A DNA stretch of 64,000 nt from an uncultured Anaeromicropila sp. (GCA_964409685.1 CAYPEJ010000014.1:16444-80443), one strand, 5' to 3'. Positions 1-11,224 are shown, counted from the stretch's first letter. Translations and numbers: made by a program. Notes: generated by a model from the letters alone, not told the origin.

Positions 1-735
1 GGCGCTACAATTATTGAACCTACAAGTGGAAATACAGGTATTGGACTAGCAGCTGTTGCGGCGGCGAAGGGATATAAAGCAATTTTAACTCTTCCTGATA
101 CCATGAGTGTGGAACGAAGAAATCTGCTGAAAGCATATGGCGCAGAGTTAGTGCTGACTGAGGGTGCAAAGGGAATGAAGGGAGCCATTGCAAGAGCTGA
201 GGAATTAAATAAAGAGATTGAAGGATCGGTTATCTTAGGACAGTTTGTGAATCCAGCAAATCCAAAGGTTCACAAGGAGACAACTGGGCCTGAAGTCTGG
301 AAACAGACGGATGGTAAGGTTGATATCTTTGTTGCTGGTATCGGTACAGGAGGAACTATTACAGGAGTTGGTGAATACTTAAAGGAACAGAATCCAAATG
401 TGCATGTTGTAGCAGTAGAACCAGCATCCAGTGCAGTGCTTTCAACAGGTCAACCAGGTGCTCATAAAATTCAGGGTATTGGAGCGGGATTCGTACCGGA
501 TGTACTTAATACAAGTGTATACGATGAAATCATTGCGATTGAAAATGAAGATGCATTTGCAGAGGGAAGGGCATTTGCTGTATCAGAGGGCATCTTAGTT
601 GGTATATCATCAGGTGCAGCTCTTAAGGCAGCAGAGATACTTGCAAAGAGACCAGAAAACAAGGGTAAAACGATTGTTGTTTTACTTCCAGATTCAGGAG
701 ATCGATACCTATCTACACCGTTATTCAATTCATAA
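1..735 (+). CDS. cysK: Cysteine synthase A, 5' end outside window
   Basis: Frame open from base 1 ([14 protein letters not shown]); [29 protein letters not shown] motifs. Confidence 0.95.
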   Translation, partial: GATIIEPTSGNTGIGLAAVAAAKGYKAILTLPDTMSVERRNLLKAYGAELVLTEGAKGMKGAIARAEELNKEIEGSVILGQFVNPANPKVHKETTGPEVWKQTDGKVDIFVAGIGTGGTITGVGEYLKEQNPNVHVVAVEPASSAVLSTGQPGAHKIQGIGAGFVPDVLNTSVYDEIIAIENEDAFAEGRAFAVSEGILVGISSGAALKAAEILAKRPENKGKTIVVLLPDSGDRYLSTPLFNS

Positions 736-748
736 GGGAGGGAACGGC

Positions 749-907
749 TTGAAAAGTGAATCCAATGAACTTCCGGACGAAGATAATTATATTGAAGAAG
801 TGAAACGTTTTGTCAGAGAAATACAGTATGGTAGCGTTACTCTGATTATTCAGGACGGTAAGGTGATACAGATAGACAGAATGGAAAAAATAAGGCAGAA
901 AAAGTAA
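749..907 (+). CDS. Small YezD/DUF2292-family protein
   Basis: GGGAGG RBS then TTG at 749; IQYGSVTLIIQDGKVIQIDRMEKIR signature. Confidence 0.8.
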   Translation: MKSESNELPDEDNYIEEVKRFVREIQYGSVTLIIQDGKVIQIDRMEKIRQKK

Positions 908-1000
908 GACTTAAAGTAATGTATAAATCGGAGATTTTGTGAGAATGGGAATAGAAATCTTTAATTTTTTAAAACAAAATCTCCAATTTATCTATACCAT

Positions 1001-1070
1001 GATGCCGTAGCCGCTGGAATGGCATAGGCTTGCAAAGCTGAAGTTGGTGGTTCGAGTCCACTCGGTATCG
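1001..1070 (+). tRNA. Non-canonical tRNA-Cys(GCA)-like element
   Basis: Acceptor GATGCCG/CGGTATC, D arm GCC..GGC, anticodon loop TTGCAAA (GCA at 1032-1034), T arm GGTGG-TTCGAGT-CCACT; A.G mismatch in anticodon stem, no encoded CCA. Confidence 0.7.
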
Positions 1071-1115
1071 TTAGCGGAGTTTATACCTCGCACAAGTAGA
1101 GAAAGAAGGTGTTAC

Positions 1116-1988
1116 ATGAGTAATACATATAAAGATTTGCAAAATTCACATCCGTGCTTTGGTGGTCAAAAGAACAATGCTGGAAGAATTCATTTGCCGG
1201 TAAGTCCTGGATGCAATATCGCATGTAGATTTTGCGACCGGACAATTAACGATGTGGATAAAAGACCTGGAGTAACATCAAAGATATTAAAACCGGAGGA
1301 ATGTGAAGACATATTAAGAAAAGCTCTAGAGATTTGTCCTGATATAAAAGTGGCAGGTATTGCAGGACCTGGAGATACACTTGCATCGGATAATGCATTA
1401 ACTACATTTAAGATTATAAAAGAAAAGTTTCCTAATCTAATAAAATGTATGAGTACCAATGGATTACTGTTAAATGAAAGAGCAGATGATGTAATAAAAG
1501 TCGGAATTGATTCCCTTACAGTAACGGTAAATGCAGTAGATCCAGTAATTGAGAATAAGCTCAATGCTTACATTATATATCATGGTGAGAAAATAGAAGG
1601 GGTGGAAGGTGCTAAGATTCTGATAGAAAATCAGTTGAGAGGAATCAGAAAAGTTGCTGCTGCTGGTATTACGATTAAGGTAAATACGGTTCTTGTACCG
1701 GAAATAAACGGTGAGCATATAGAAGAGATTGCTAAAACAGTGAAAGAGGCAGGTGCTAGCATTTATAATATTATTCCACTTATTCCGCAGAATGAATTAA
1801 AGAATTATAAGGCACCTACATGTGCCGAGATTGATCAGGCAAGAATAAAAGCTTCCAAATATATTGATGTGTTTCGGCACTGTCAGCATTGTAGAGCGGA
1901 TGCGGTGGGGGTTCCGGGCAAATCAGAGTTTGGTGATCAGATTTATCAGAAACGGCTGAATGTTAAGGAGACATTTTCACATGGATAA
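1116..1988 (+). CDS. nifB: NifB-like radical SAM protein (no fused NifX domain)
   Basis: HPCF, CNIACRFC, AGPGD, STNG, C-terminal CQHCRADA; RBS favours ATG at 1116. Confidence 0.9.
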   Translation: MSNTYKDLQNSHPCFGGQKNNAGRIHLPVSPGCNIACRFCDRTINDVDKRPGVTSKILKPEECEDILRKALEICPDIKVAGIAGPGDTLASDNALTTFKIIKEKFPNLIKCMSTNGLLLNERADDVIKVGIDSLTVTVNAVDPVIENKLNAYIIYHGEKIEGVEGAKILIENQLRGIRKVAAAGITIKVNTVLVPEINGEHIEEIAKTVKEAGASIYNIIPLIPQNELKNYKAPTCAEIDQARIKASKYIDVFRHCQHCRADAVGVPGKSEFGDQIYQKRLNVKETFSHG

Positions 1989-2340
1989 GGTGGAATACAA
2001 AATAGCAGTAGCCTCCAGTGATGGAATAGTGGTGAACAATCATTTTGGAAGGGCAAAAGATTTCTATATTTATCAGATGGACGAACAGGAACAAATTCAT
2101 TTTCTGGAAAAAAGAAGTGTTACGCCAGTATGTGAGGGTGGCAATCATGATGATGAGAAATTAAAGACAAATTTGGAAAGAATCAAGGATTGTAAATACC
2201 TGTTGGTCAGCAGAATTGGAGTTGGAGCAGCTAATATGGCAGAAAGCTTTGACATTGAGAGTTATGAGATTCCTGGAATGATTGAAGAGTCTTTGGATCA
2301 GTTAATTAGATATATAAAATTAAAAAAATTATTTGAATAG
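1981..2340 (+). CDS. NifX/NifB-C-terminal-like cofactor carrier
   Basis: IAVASSDG..VNNHFGRA..F.IY and SRIG motifs. Confidence 0.85.
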   Translation: MDKVEYKIAVASSDGIVVNNHFGRAKDFYIYQMDEQEQIHFLEKRSVTPVCEGGNHDDEKLKTNLERIKDCKYLLVSRIGVGAANMAESFDIESYEIPGMIEESLDQLIRYIKLKKLFE

Positions 2341-2349
2341 GAAGGATAA

Positions 2350-3201
<852 letters not shown>

Positions 3202-3215
3202 GGAGGATATGCATA

Positions 3216-4211
3216 ATGGGAATAAGTAAGTCGATTGCAGAATTGGTTGGTAAAACACCTTTATTGGAATTAAGTAATTATGAAAAGAAGCATAATCTGA
3301 ACGCAAGAATTTTGGTGAAACTTGAATATTTTAATCCAAATCAAAGTGTAAAGGACAGGATTGCACTTGCTATGGTTGAGGATGCGGAAAAGAAAGGTCT
3401 TTTAAAACCAGGTTACACCATTGTAGAAACAACAAGTGGAAATACTGGTATCGGTCTTGCAGCTATAGCTGCCAGCAAAGGATACAAATTTCGCGTGTAC
3501 ATACAGGATCAAGTAAGTGAAGAGAGATTTAAGGTGATAAAAGCATTTGGTGGAGAGACAATTAAGTTGTCAGAAGAGCCGGCAGTGGCAAAAACTTTGG
3601 AGGAAACGGGAGGAGACTTTGTCGCAGCTATTCAGGTATTAAAGGAGCAAGTATTAGATAAAGAAGAAAATATATTTTTTGTAGATCAGTGTTCTAATCC
3701 TGTAAACCCTGCTATTCACGAGGCAACAACAGGACCAGAGATTTGGGAAGATACAGATGGTAATGTAGACATTTTAGTTGCAAATGTTGGTACGGGCGGA
3801 ACCGTATCAGGTACAGGAAAGTATTTAAAGAGTAAAAATCCAGAATTGAAAGTGGTTGCGATTCAGCCAGGTGCAAATTCATTGCCAAGTGACGATAACC
3901 CTGAACCAGAAGAAATTACTGGTGTTCATCCTTTTGAAGGGGTAGCATCGGAAAGAGTTCCGTCAACTATGAATTTAAACATTTATGATGAGAAATTTGA
4001 AGTGGAAACAATTCAGGCATACAAGACTGCAAGAGAAGTGGCAAAAACAGATGGAATATTAATTGGGACTTCTTCAGGAGCAGCTATTTATGCAGCAACT
4101 GAAATTGCAAAAAGACCAGAGAATAAAGAAAAGACAATTGTTGCTGTTTTACCGGATACTGGACTTAGATATCTATCTACAAATCTGTTTAACGAAGAGT
4201 ATCAGGGATAG
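3216..4211 (+). CDS. Divergent PLP-dependent cysteine-synthase-family enzyme
   Basis: NPNQSVKDR (PLP Lys), TTSGNTG, GTGGT, PDTGLRYLS; QGIG loop replaced by TGVHPF. Confidence 0.9.
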   Translation: MGISKSIAELVGKTPLLELSNYEKKHNLNARILVKLEYFNPNQSVKDRIALAMVEDAEKKGLLKPGYTIVETTSGNTGIGLAAIAASKGYKFRVYIQDQVSEERFKVIKAFGGETIKLSEEPAVAKTLEETGGDFVAAIQVLKEQVLDKEENIFFVDQCSNPVNPAIHEATTGPEIWEDTDGNVDILVANVGTGGTVSGTGKYLKSKNPELKVVAIQPGANSLPSDDNPEPEEITGVHPFEGVASERVPSTMNLNIYDEKFEVETIQAYKTAREVAKTDGILIGTSSGAAIYAATEIAKRPENKEKTIVAVLPDTGLRYLSTNLFNEEYQG

Positions 4212-4226
4212 GAAGGAGTATGTGAG

Positions 4227-5693
4227 ATGTCAATAAATTTATCCAATTCAAATGTGGCAACCAGAGAGAATCGTATTGGTTCTATTACAGGTTATGTTGG
4301 AACATTAAAAGATTTAGCTACGCAGAGTGAATGTGGAACATTAAAAGGATGTTCTAGATGCTTTTCACAATCAAGCACATGTCTTTCCATGTGTGGATTA
4401 TCACAGTTGGCTGGGATTCGAGATGTGGCTATTATTCATCATGGACCTGCAGGTTGTTCTGTTACAGGAGCAACATCTTATTATATGTCAAAGGTTATGT
4501 CCAAAAAGAGAGGAGTCACAAGTAATACAGTTTATGTGGGAACCGATATGAATGAAAATGATACAATTTTTGGTTCTACAGAAAAACTTAGAAGTATTAT
4601 TTTGGATGTAAATAGAAGATATAAGCCGAAAGCTATTTTTGTGTCAAGCTCATGTGCCACAGGTATTATTGGAGAAGATATAGATAGTATCGTTGATGAA
4701 GTAAGAGATGAAGTTGGCGTGCCTATTGTCGCAGTTCATTGTGAGGGCTTTAAATCAAGGATATGGGCGACAGGCTTTGATATATCCGATCATGCGGTTA
4801 TGCAGGAGATTGTGCAGCCTCCAAGAGAGGGTATTAAGACTAATAAAATCAATTTTAAAAATTTCTATGAGAGTGCAAGACCTGAGATTATTGAAATTTT
4901 CAAAAATTTTGATTTGGAACCTGTATTTTTATATTGTAACTCGACGGTTGAAGAACTGTCACATTTGTCAGAGAGTCTGGCAACCACATGCATCTGTGGT
5001 ACTTTAGGAAATTATCTTGGAAATGCTTTGGAAGAAAAATACGGTGTTCCATATGTAAGAAGTATCAATCAGTGTGGAATTAAAGGTTTTGAAACGTGGC
5101 TTAGAGAAATAGGAAAAGTTACTGGAAGAAGTGAAAAAGTAGAGAAATATATCGAAGAGCAGCGGGCAATATATATTCCTCAGATTGAAGAAGTGAAGAA
5201 GGAACTTAAAGGTCTTACAGCAGTGCTTGGTATGGGACCGGGATATACATTTGAGGTATCAAGAGTATTAGATGAGCTTGGTATTAAAGTTGTATGGGCT
5301 CTTGCTTGGCATTATGATAAAAAATATGAGAATGGTGATGTACCACCTTCTATGAAGTATCTGCTTGATAATGATATTGATTTTGAAGCGAGCGTTGCCG
5401 ATCAGCAGAATTATGAGGTTATGAATATTCTAAATAAATATCAGCCTGATATGTATTTATCACGCCATCCTGGTTCAACAGTTTGGGCGATTAAGAATGG
5501 TACCCCAGCAATCTACGTAGCGGATGAATATATGATATTTGGATATAAGCATACTTTGGAATTTGCAAAGACGATTCTAGATGCAATCAGAAACCGAAGC
5601 TTTGAAGAAAATTTGGCAAAACGGTCAAAGCTGCCATATACAGATTGGTGGTATCAGCAGAATGTGGATGCATTTTTAGAGGAGGTAAAGTAA
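4227..5693 (+). CDS. Nitrogenase-like component 1 alpha subunit (group IV, MarD-like)
   Basis: FSQSSTC, HGPAGC, SSSCATGIIGEDI, HCEGFKSRIWATGFD, C-terminal SRHP; N-terminus MSINL..RENRIGSI resembles recalled MarD. Confidence 0.85.
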   Translation: MSINLSNSNVATRENRIGSITGYVGTLKDLATQSECGTLKGCSRCFSQSSTCLSMCGLSQLAGIRDVAIIHHGPAGCSVTGATSYYMSKVMSKKRGVTSNTVYVGTDMNENDTIFGSTEKLRSIILDVNRRYKPKAIFVSSSCATGIIGEDIDSIVDEVRDEVGVPIVAVHCEGFKSRIWATGFDISDHAVMQEIVQPPREGIKTNKINFKNFYESARPEIIEIFKNFDLEPVFLYCNSTVEELSHLSESLATTCICGTLGNYLGNALEEKYGVPYVRSINQCGIKGFETWLREIGKVTGRSEKVEKYIEEQRAIYIPQIEEVKKELKGLTAVLGMGPGYTFEVSRVLDELGIKVVWALAWHYDKKYENGDVPPSMKYLLDNDIDFEASVADQQNYEVMNILNKYQPDMYLSRHPGSTVWAIKNGTPAIYVADEYMIFGYKHTLEFAKTILDAIRNRSFEENLAKRSKLPYTDWWYQQNVDAFLEEVK

Positions 5694-5695
5694 AA

Positions 5696-6994
5696 ATGGC
5701 AAAGTTATTAGACAAACAACGATATAAGTGTGCGCTTGGTGCCATGCAGACTGTACAGGCAATTGAACGTGCATTGCCGATACTTCATTCCGGTCCCGGT
5801 TGTGCACAAAAACTCTCAGAATCAACGGGAAGCTCTGGTTATTTTTCACCTAATATTTTTCCTTGTACAAGTATCAATGAAAAGGATGTTGTATTTGGCG
5901 GAGTAAAAAAATTGAATTCTACAATTGAAAATGCCTTAAAGGTTATTGATGCGGATTTATATGTTGTCCTCACAGGTTGTATACCAGAGATTGTAGGTGA
6001 TGATTCGGGTGAAGTGGTTTCTAGATTTCAGGATGCAGAGAAACCTGTTATTTATGCACCAACTGCAGGATTTAAGGGAAATAATTTCAAGGGACATGAG
6101 CAGGTTGTGGATGCAATTATTGATCAGTATTTGAATAAATCGGATAAGAAGCAGAAAGGTCTTGTAAATATATGGGCAGATGTACCATATCAGGATTTAT
6201 TCTGGCTTGGTAATATCAGAGAGCTTGAAAAGCTGATTCAGGAACTTGGACTTACACCGAACACCATATTTGGTTTTAGAAGAGGAATAGATAATATCAA
6301 TAAAATACCAGAAGCAGAATTTAATCTGTTGGTATCACCTTGGGTAGGACTTGGTAATATGAAGAAGATGGAACGGAAGTTGGGTATTCCGTATCTGCAT
6401 TATCCAACACTTCCAATCGGTGCTACAGAGACAAGTAAGTTTTTAAGAGCGGTAGGAGAATTTGCCGGAGTAGAAAAAGAAAAGGTGGAAGCAGTAATCA
6501 AGGAACATGAAGATTACTATTACTATTTGATTGAAAGATATGCGGATTTATTTCTCGAAAATCGTGTTATCAACAAACAGTTTACAGTGATTGCAGATGC
6601 GCAATATGCACTTGGAATTACAAAATTTTTGGTAAACGATCTAGGTCTTGTTCCGGCAAAGCAGTTTGTTGTAGACGATACTCCTAAGGTTTTTAGAAAA
6701 CAGCTCGAAGAAGAATTTAAAAAATTAAATTTTGGTCTTGAAGCAGAGGTTTCATTTGAAACAGATGGATACAAAATTCATGAAGAGATTAAGCAACATG
6801 ACTATCATGGTTATCCGCTTATTCTTGGAGGATACTATGAAAAAGAGGTTACAGAGAATTTGAAAGGAAATTTCTTGAATATCTCATGGCCAGTGCAGGA
6901 TAAGGTTGTGCTTGATGATTTCTATGTGGGATACACAGGAGGAATCAGATTAATTGAGGATATTTATACGGTAGCAGTACAGAGATTTAATTAA
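5696..6994 (+). CDS. Nitrogenase-like component 1 beta subunit (group IV, MarK-like)
   Basis: RYKCALGA, HSGPGC, VVFGG, LTGCIPEIVGDD, GFKGNNFKGHE; GGAGG RBS before ATG 5696. Confidence 0.85.
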   Translation: MAKLLDKQRYKCALGAMQTVQAIERALPILHSGPGCAQKLSESTGSSGYFSPNIFPCTSINEKDVVFGGVKKLNSTIENALKVIDADLYVVLTGCIPEIVGDDSGEVVSRFQDAEKPVIYAPTAGFKGNNFKGHEQVVDAIIDQYLNKSDKKQKGLVNIWADVPYQDLFWLGNIRELEKLIQELGLTPNTIFGFRRGIDNINKIPEAEFNLLVSPWVGLGNMKKMERKLGIPYLHYPTLPIGATETSKFLRAVGEFAGVEKEKVEAVIKEHEDYYYYLIERYADLFLENRVINKQFTVIADAQYALGITKFLVNDLGLVPAKQFVVDDTPKVFRKQLEEEFKKLNFGLEAEVSFETDGYKIHEEIKQHDYHGYPLILGGYYEKEVTENLKGNFLNISWPVQDKVVLDDFYVGYTGGIRLIEDIYTVAVQRFN

Positions 6995-7070
6995 AATATG
7001 TATAAAATACTGCCTGTGCTCTTTGAAACTAGAGTTTACAGGCAGTTGTTATCTGTTTGGAGGTGTAGAG

Positions 7071-7496
7071 TTGGCATATAAAATTGCAGTTGGTTCCTCA
7101 GATGGAGTAAATGTTGATTTAAAGTTTGGCGAAGTTACAAAGTTTTTAATCTATGAAGTTACAGATGCAATCAGGTTGTCAGAAGAAAGATCTGTTGGTA
7201 TTGATGAAATAAAGCAGGATACATATGAAAAATCATGCAACACATCACGATGCAGCAGTGTAGGCTGTAGCGGAAATGGTAGTGGTTGTAGTGGTTCTTC
7301 TGATGTGATTTCGAAAGTATCGTTGATTTCTGATTGTAGATGTGTTGTGTGTAAAAAAATAGGGTTTCAAGCACAGAAACAGTTCGAGAAGAAAGCAATA
7401 TCTGTGTTTGATGTAGAATGTGAAATCGAGGAAGCGTTAGAAAAAATAGCGTTTTATTATGGAAAAATAGATAAACATGAAGCATTTCGAAAATAA
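7071..7496 (+). CDS. Second NifX-like protein with Cys/Gly/Ser-rich insert
   Basis: IAVGSSDGVNVDLKFG; CNTSRCSSVGCSGNGSGC insert; GGAGG RBS before TTG 7071. Confidence 0.75.
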   Translation: MAYKIAVGSSDGVNVDLKFGEVTKFLIYEVTDAIRLSEERSVGIDEIKQDTYEKSCNTSRCSSVGCSGNGSGCSGSSDVISKVSLISDCRCVVCKKIGFQAQKQFEKKAISVFDVECEIEEALEKIAFYYGKIDKHEAFRK

Positions 7497-7609
7497 TGAC
7501 CGGTTACGAAAGTAATCGGTAAAATTAAAATGTAATATCATACTATTTCAATAGGAAAACTAGAGGTGTAAAAGAAAATGAATTCAAGTATTTTGGAGGA
7601 GAATAAATT

Positions 7610-8527
7610 ATGACTGTACGTGAGCTTCAGGATGAAATCATCCGACTAAAGAAAGAAAAAGGTATCTGCATTCTTGCACATGCTTATCAGCGACATGATA
7701 TATGGGAAGTAGCGGATTATGTAGGTGACTCCTTTGGACTCAGTCAAAAAGCCGCCCAGGTACAGGATAAAACGGTTATCATGTGTGGTGTGCGTTTTAT
7801 GGCGGAAACAGTGAAGATACTTTCTCCAAAGAAGACAGTATATCTTGCAAATTCCATTGCCGGATGTCCTATGGCGGATCAGATGGACAGCGACCTTATC
7901 ACACAGATGAAAGAGAATATGCCGGACTATACGGTGGTAGCATATATCAATACGACAGCAGAACTTAAGACGGTTTGCGATGTATGCGTTACATCTTCTT
8001 CTGCAACTAAAATAATCCGCAATATTTCGAACGATAAGATTATTTTTATTCCAGATTGTAATTTAGGAGATTGGATAGCTAAGCAGGTACCTGAAAAGGA
8101 AATTAAACTTGTACATGGTGGTTGTCCTACACATGTACGTATTACAATGCGTGATGTAGAAAAGGCAAGAGAAGCATATCCAAATGCAAAATTGTTAGTA
8201 CATCCAGAATGTCTTCCAAGTGTTGTAAAACAAGCAGATTTTGTTGGTAGTACTACCGAAATTATGTCCTATGCGGAAAAAGGCTCAGGCAGTGAATATA
8301 TTATCGGAACGGAAAATAGTATTGTAGAACATCTGCAATTCAAGTGTCCAGATAAAATATTTATTCCACTTTCAAAGGACTGCGTTTGCCACAATATGCA
8401 TGCAACCACACTAGCTGATGTATATCGATGTGTAAACGGAATTGCTGGTGAGGAAATAATAATGAGTGATGAGCTTATTGCAACGTCAAGGAAATGTATT
8501 GATGAAATGTTGAGGTTAGGAAAATAA
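7610..8527 (+). CDS. nadA: Quinolinate synthase
   Basis: LAHAYQ, GDS, CGVRFMAET, AGCPMA, YINT, CPTH, HPEC, CHNM motifs. Confidence 0.92.
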   Translation: MTVRELQDEIIRLKKEKGICILAHAYQRHDIWEVADYVGDSFGLSQKAAQVQDKTVIMCGVRFMAETVKILSPKKTVYLANSIAGCPMADQMDSDLITQMKENMPDYTVVAYINTTAELKTVCDVCVTSSSATKIIRNISNDKIIFIPDCNLGDWIAKQVPEKEIKLVHGGCPTHVRITMRDVEKAREAYPNAKLLVHPECLPSVVKQADFVGSTTEIMSYAEKGSGSEYIIGTENSIVEHLQFKCPDKIFIPLSKDCVCHNMHATTLADVYRCVNGIAGEEIIMSDELIATSRKCIDEMLRLGK

Positions 8528-8596
8528 AAGAGGCACTTATTGCGATGAGTGGAGGAGAAAAAACATATAGCTAGTCAAAATTATGGAGGTGTAAGT

Positions 8597-9013
8597 TTGA
8601 TTATTACAACAAAGGGTAAAAATGCGTTAAAACTCATGATAGATCTTTCTTTGTATCAAGGAGACAAATATGTAAAACTGAGGGATATAGCTCAAAGGGA
8701 GGATATCTCTGAAAAATATTTGGAGCATATTGTTTCCTATCTACAAAAGTCTAGAAAGGTGAAAAGTACTAGAGGTCTTAATGGAGGTTATCGTTTGGTA
8801 AAAGCTCCAGAGGATTATACAGTTGGCGAAATAATTAAATGTCTGGAAGGGGATTTATCACCAACGGATTGTTTACACGGAGATGAAAATACATGTAGTA
8901 AAAAAGAGCAATGTTTTTGTTATCCATTGTGGATTAAGTTGGATAATGCAATGAATGAGGTATTAGAACATACAACACTTCAAGATGTAATTGATTGGAA
9001 AAAACAGAGTTAG
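8597..9013 (+). CDS. Rrf2-family regulator (CymR/IscR-like)
   Basis: ISEKYLEHI, STRGLNGGYRL, Cys-rich C-terminal segment; GGAGG RBS before TTG 8597. Confidence 0.9.
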   Translation: MIITTKGKNALKLMIDLSLYQGDKYVKLRDIAQREDISEKYLEHIVSYLQKSRKVKSTRGLNGGYRLVKAPEDYTVGEIIKCLEGDLSPTDCLHGDENTCSKKEQCFCYPLWIKLDNAMNEVLEHTTLQDVIDWKKQS

Positions 9014-9297
9014 GAGTGTGACAGAAAATAAGTAAGTACATATATTGGGACAATGCTGTGACAACACAGGTAAAAGAACAGGTATTGCAAGAAATACTAC
9101 CACGTTAAGAAAAATATTTTAGTTGTTCCGTTTTTTACAATTTTTACATTCGTTTTATGTTTACAATTAGAGAAAGCATTCAGGGATTACGCTTTGAATC
9201 GAAACTAACTTGATTATAGAAAACAGACAATGACGTCTAAATCAGTGTTAATGGCATTGGTTTAGACGTTTTTTAGGTAAGAAAGGAATGATAGACT

Positions 9298-9624
9298 ATG
9301 GCAGAGAGAATAAAGGAACATCCGATACTTGGCGTTCAGGAAAAAGGAGAAAAAGTCCAATTCCAATTTGATGGTCAGGAATTGGAAGGGTATGAGGGAG
9401 AGCCCATTGCGACAGCATTGAAAGCGGCAGGAGTAATGGTTCATAGATATACGAAAAAAGAACATAAGCCAAGAGGGATTTTCTGTGCTATTGGTAGATG
9501 CACCGATTGTGTAATGATAGTTGATGGGGTTCCTAATGTCAGAACCTGTATTACACCGCTTAAAGCAGGTATGGAAGTAAAGACACAGTATGGTGTAAGC
9601 GATAAACCATTTAAAGAGCAGTAA
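9298..9624 (+). CDS. 2Fe-2S subunit (HcnA / sarcosine oxidase alpha N-terminal-like)
   Basis: PRGIFCAIGRCTDC..VRTC. Confidence 0.85.
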   Translation: MAERIKEHPILGVQEKGEKVQFQFDGQELEGYEGEPIATALKAAGVMVHRYTKKEHKPRGIFCAIGRCTDCVMIVDGVPNVRTCITPLKAGMEVKTQYGVSDKPFKEQ

Positions 9625-9637
9625 GGAGGAGACAAGG

Positions 9638-11215
9638 ATGAAGAGATATGATCTTATAATAGTCGGAGCGGGTCCTTCTGGTTTATCTGCAGCAATTGAG
9701 GCTGCCAAGAGAGGACTAAAGGTTGTAGTATTTGATGAAAATGAAAAACCAGGAGGGCAGCTTTTTAAACAGATACATAAGTTTTTTGGTTCCAAAGAGC
9801 ATAGAGCAAAGGTCAGAGGTTTTGTAATTGGTCGGCAACTTTTAGATGAAGCGGATAAGGAAGGAGTAGAAGTTGTTCTAAATGCAACTGTAATAGGACT
9901 TTATCAAGATAAAGAGATTGTGGTTAAAATGGGAGAGGAGATTCATCATTATAAAGGTGATGCTGTTATAATCGCAACGGGTGCAGCAGAGAACATGGTT
10001 ACATTCCCAGGATGGACTCTGCCTGGTGTAATTGGTGCTGGGGCCGCACAGACGATGATGAACTTACATGGGGTATTACCAGGGAAGAAAGTACTTATGC
10101 TTGGTTCGGGCAATGTTGGTCTGGTAGTTTCTTTTCAGTTGATGCAATGTGGGTGTGAGGTGGTAGCCTTAGTAGATGCAGCTCCAAGAGTAGGTGGATA
10201 CGGCGTGCATGCGGCAAAGGTAGCAAGGACAGGAGTACCATTTTATTTGTCTCACACTATTGTGGAAGCAGAAGGAGAAGAAAAAGTAACTGGTGTTACA
10301 ATTGCAGAAGTAGATAGTCGTTTTCAGTTTATCCCAGGTACGGAAAAACATTTTGATGTAGATACAATCTGCCTTGCGGTTGGGCTTTCTCCAATGTCAC
10401 AGCTTTTGAAAATGGCAGGATGTGAGATGGAAGATAATCCTAAACGTGGAGGTCAGGTTCCAGTTTGCGATGAATATGGAAGAACTTCTTTATCAGGTGT
10501 GTTTGTAGCGGGTGATGTATCTGGTATTGAAGAGGCGTCGTCTGCCATGATAGAAGGGCGAATGTCTGGAATCGCAGCGGCAGAATATCTTGGCTATATC
10601 GAAAAAGAAGAATTAGATACTGAGCTTGCATCTCTTGATAAAGCGTTAGATGGTCTTCGTCAGGGAATGTTTGCTCCTAAAAACAGAGGGGCAGCAATTG
10701 AAAAGACAGAGGAAGGAATTTATATTTCCGAGAGTCTTTTGAAAAAAGGATATGTTGCAGATGATGAGATTGAACGGTTCCCTGGAGTTACCCACAAGAA
10801 AGGAGTTCATCCAGTTATTGAGTGCACACAAAACATTCCGTGTAATCCATGTCAGGATGCATGTCCAAAGGGGTGTATTTCGATTGGAGAAAATATCACC
10901 TCACTGCCGATTGTTTTGGATAAACCAGATTGTATTAATTGCGGTATGTGTGTGGCAAGTTGTTCGGGACAGGCGATTTTCTTAGTAGATGAGGATTGTG
11001 GGGACGGAACTGCAACGGTTACAATTCCGTATGAATTTCTTCCACTGCCGGAAACTGGTGCAAGGGGAAAAGCCCTGAGCAGAAGTGGTCAGGCAGTTTG
11101 CGATGCAGAAGTAGTAAGTGTAAAAAGTGCAAAAGCATATGATAAGACACATCTGTTGACTATGCGGGTGCCTAAAGAATATGCAATGACAGCAAGATTT
11201 TTTAAAGTGATTTAA
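9638..11215 (+). CDS. FAD/NAD oxidoreductase with C-terminal 2x[4Fe-4S] domain
   Basis: GAGPSG, ATGA, AGD motifs; CNPCQDACP and CINCGMCVASC. Confidence 0.85.
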   Translation: MKRYDLIIVGAGPSGLSAAIEAAKRGLKVVVFDENEKPGGQLFKQIHKFFGSKEHRAKVRGFVIGRQLLDEADKEGVEVVLNATVIGLYQDKEIVVKMGEEIHHYKGDAVIIATGAAENMVTFPGWTLPGVIGAGAAQTMMNLHGVLPGKKVLMLGSGNVGLVVSFQLMQCGCEVVALVDAAPRVGGYGVHAAKVARTGVPFYLSHTIVEAEGEEKVTGVTIAEVDSRFQFIPGTEKHFDVDTICLAVGLSPMSQLLKMAGCEMEDNPKRGGQVPVCDEYGRTSLSGVFVAGDVSGIEEASSAMIEGRMSGIAAAEYLGYIEKEELDTELASLDKALDGLRQGMFAPKNRGAAIEKTEEGIYISESLLKKGYVADDEIERFPGVTHKKGVHPVIECTQNIPCNPCQDACPKGCISIGENITSLPIVLDKPDCINCGMCVASCSGQAIFLVDEDCGDGTATVTIPYEFLPLPETGARGKALSRSGQAVCDAEVVSVKSAKAYDKTHLLTMRVPKEYAMTARFFKVI

Positions 11216-11224
11216 GGTAGGAGG

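Noticed and set aside
930-985. Inverted repeat GGAGATTTTGT..ACAAAATCTCC as a riboswitch or T-box
   Set aside because: No T-box or SAM-box consensus recognised; could be a simple hairpin
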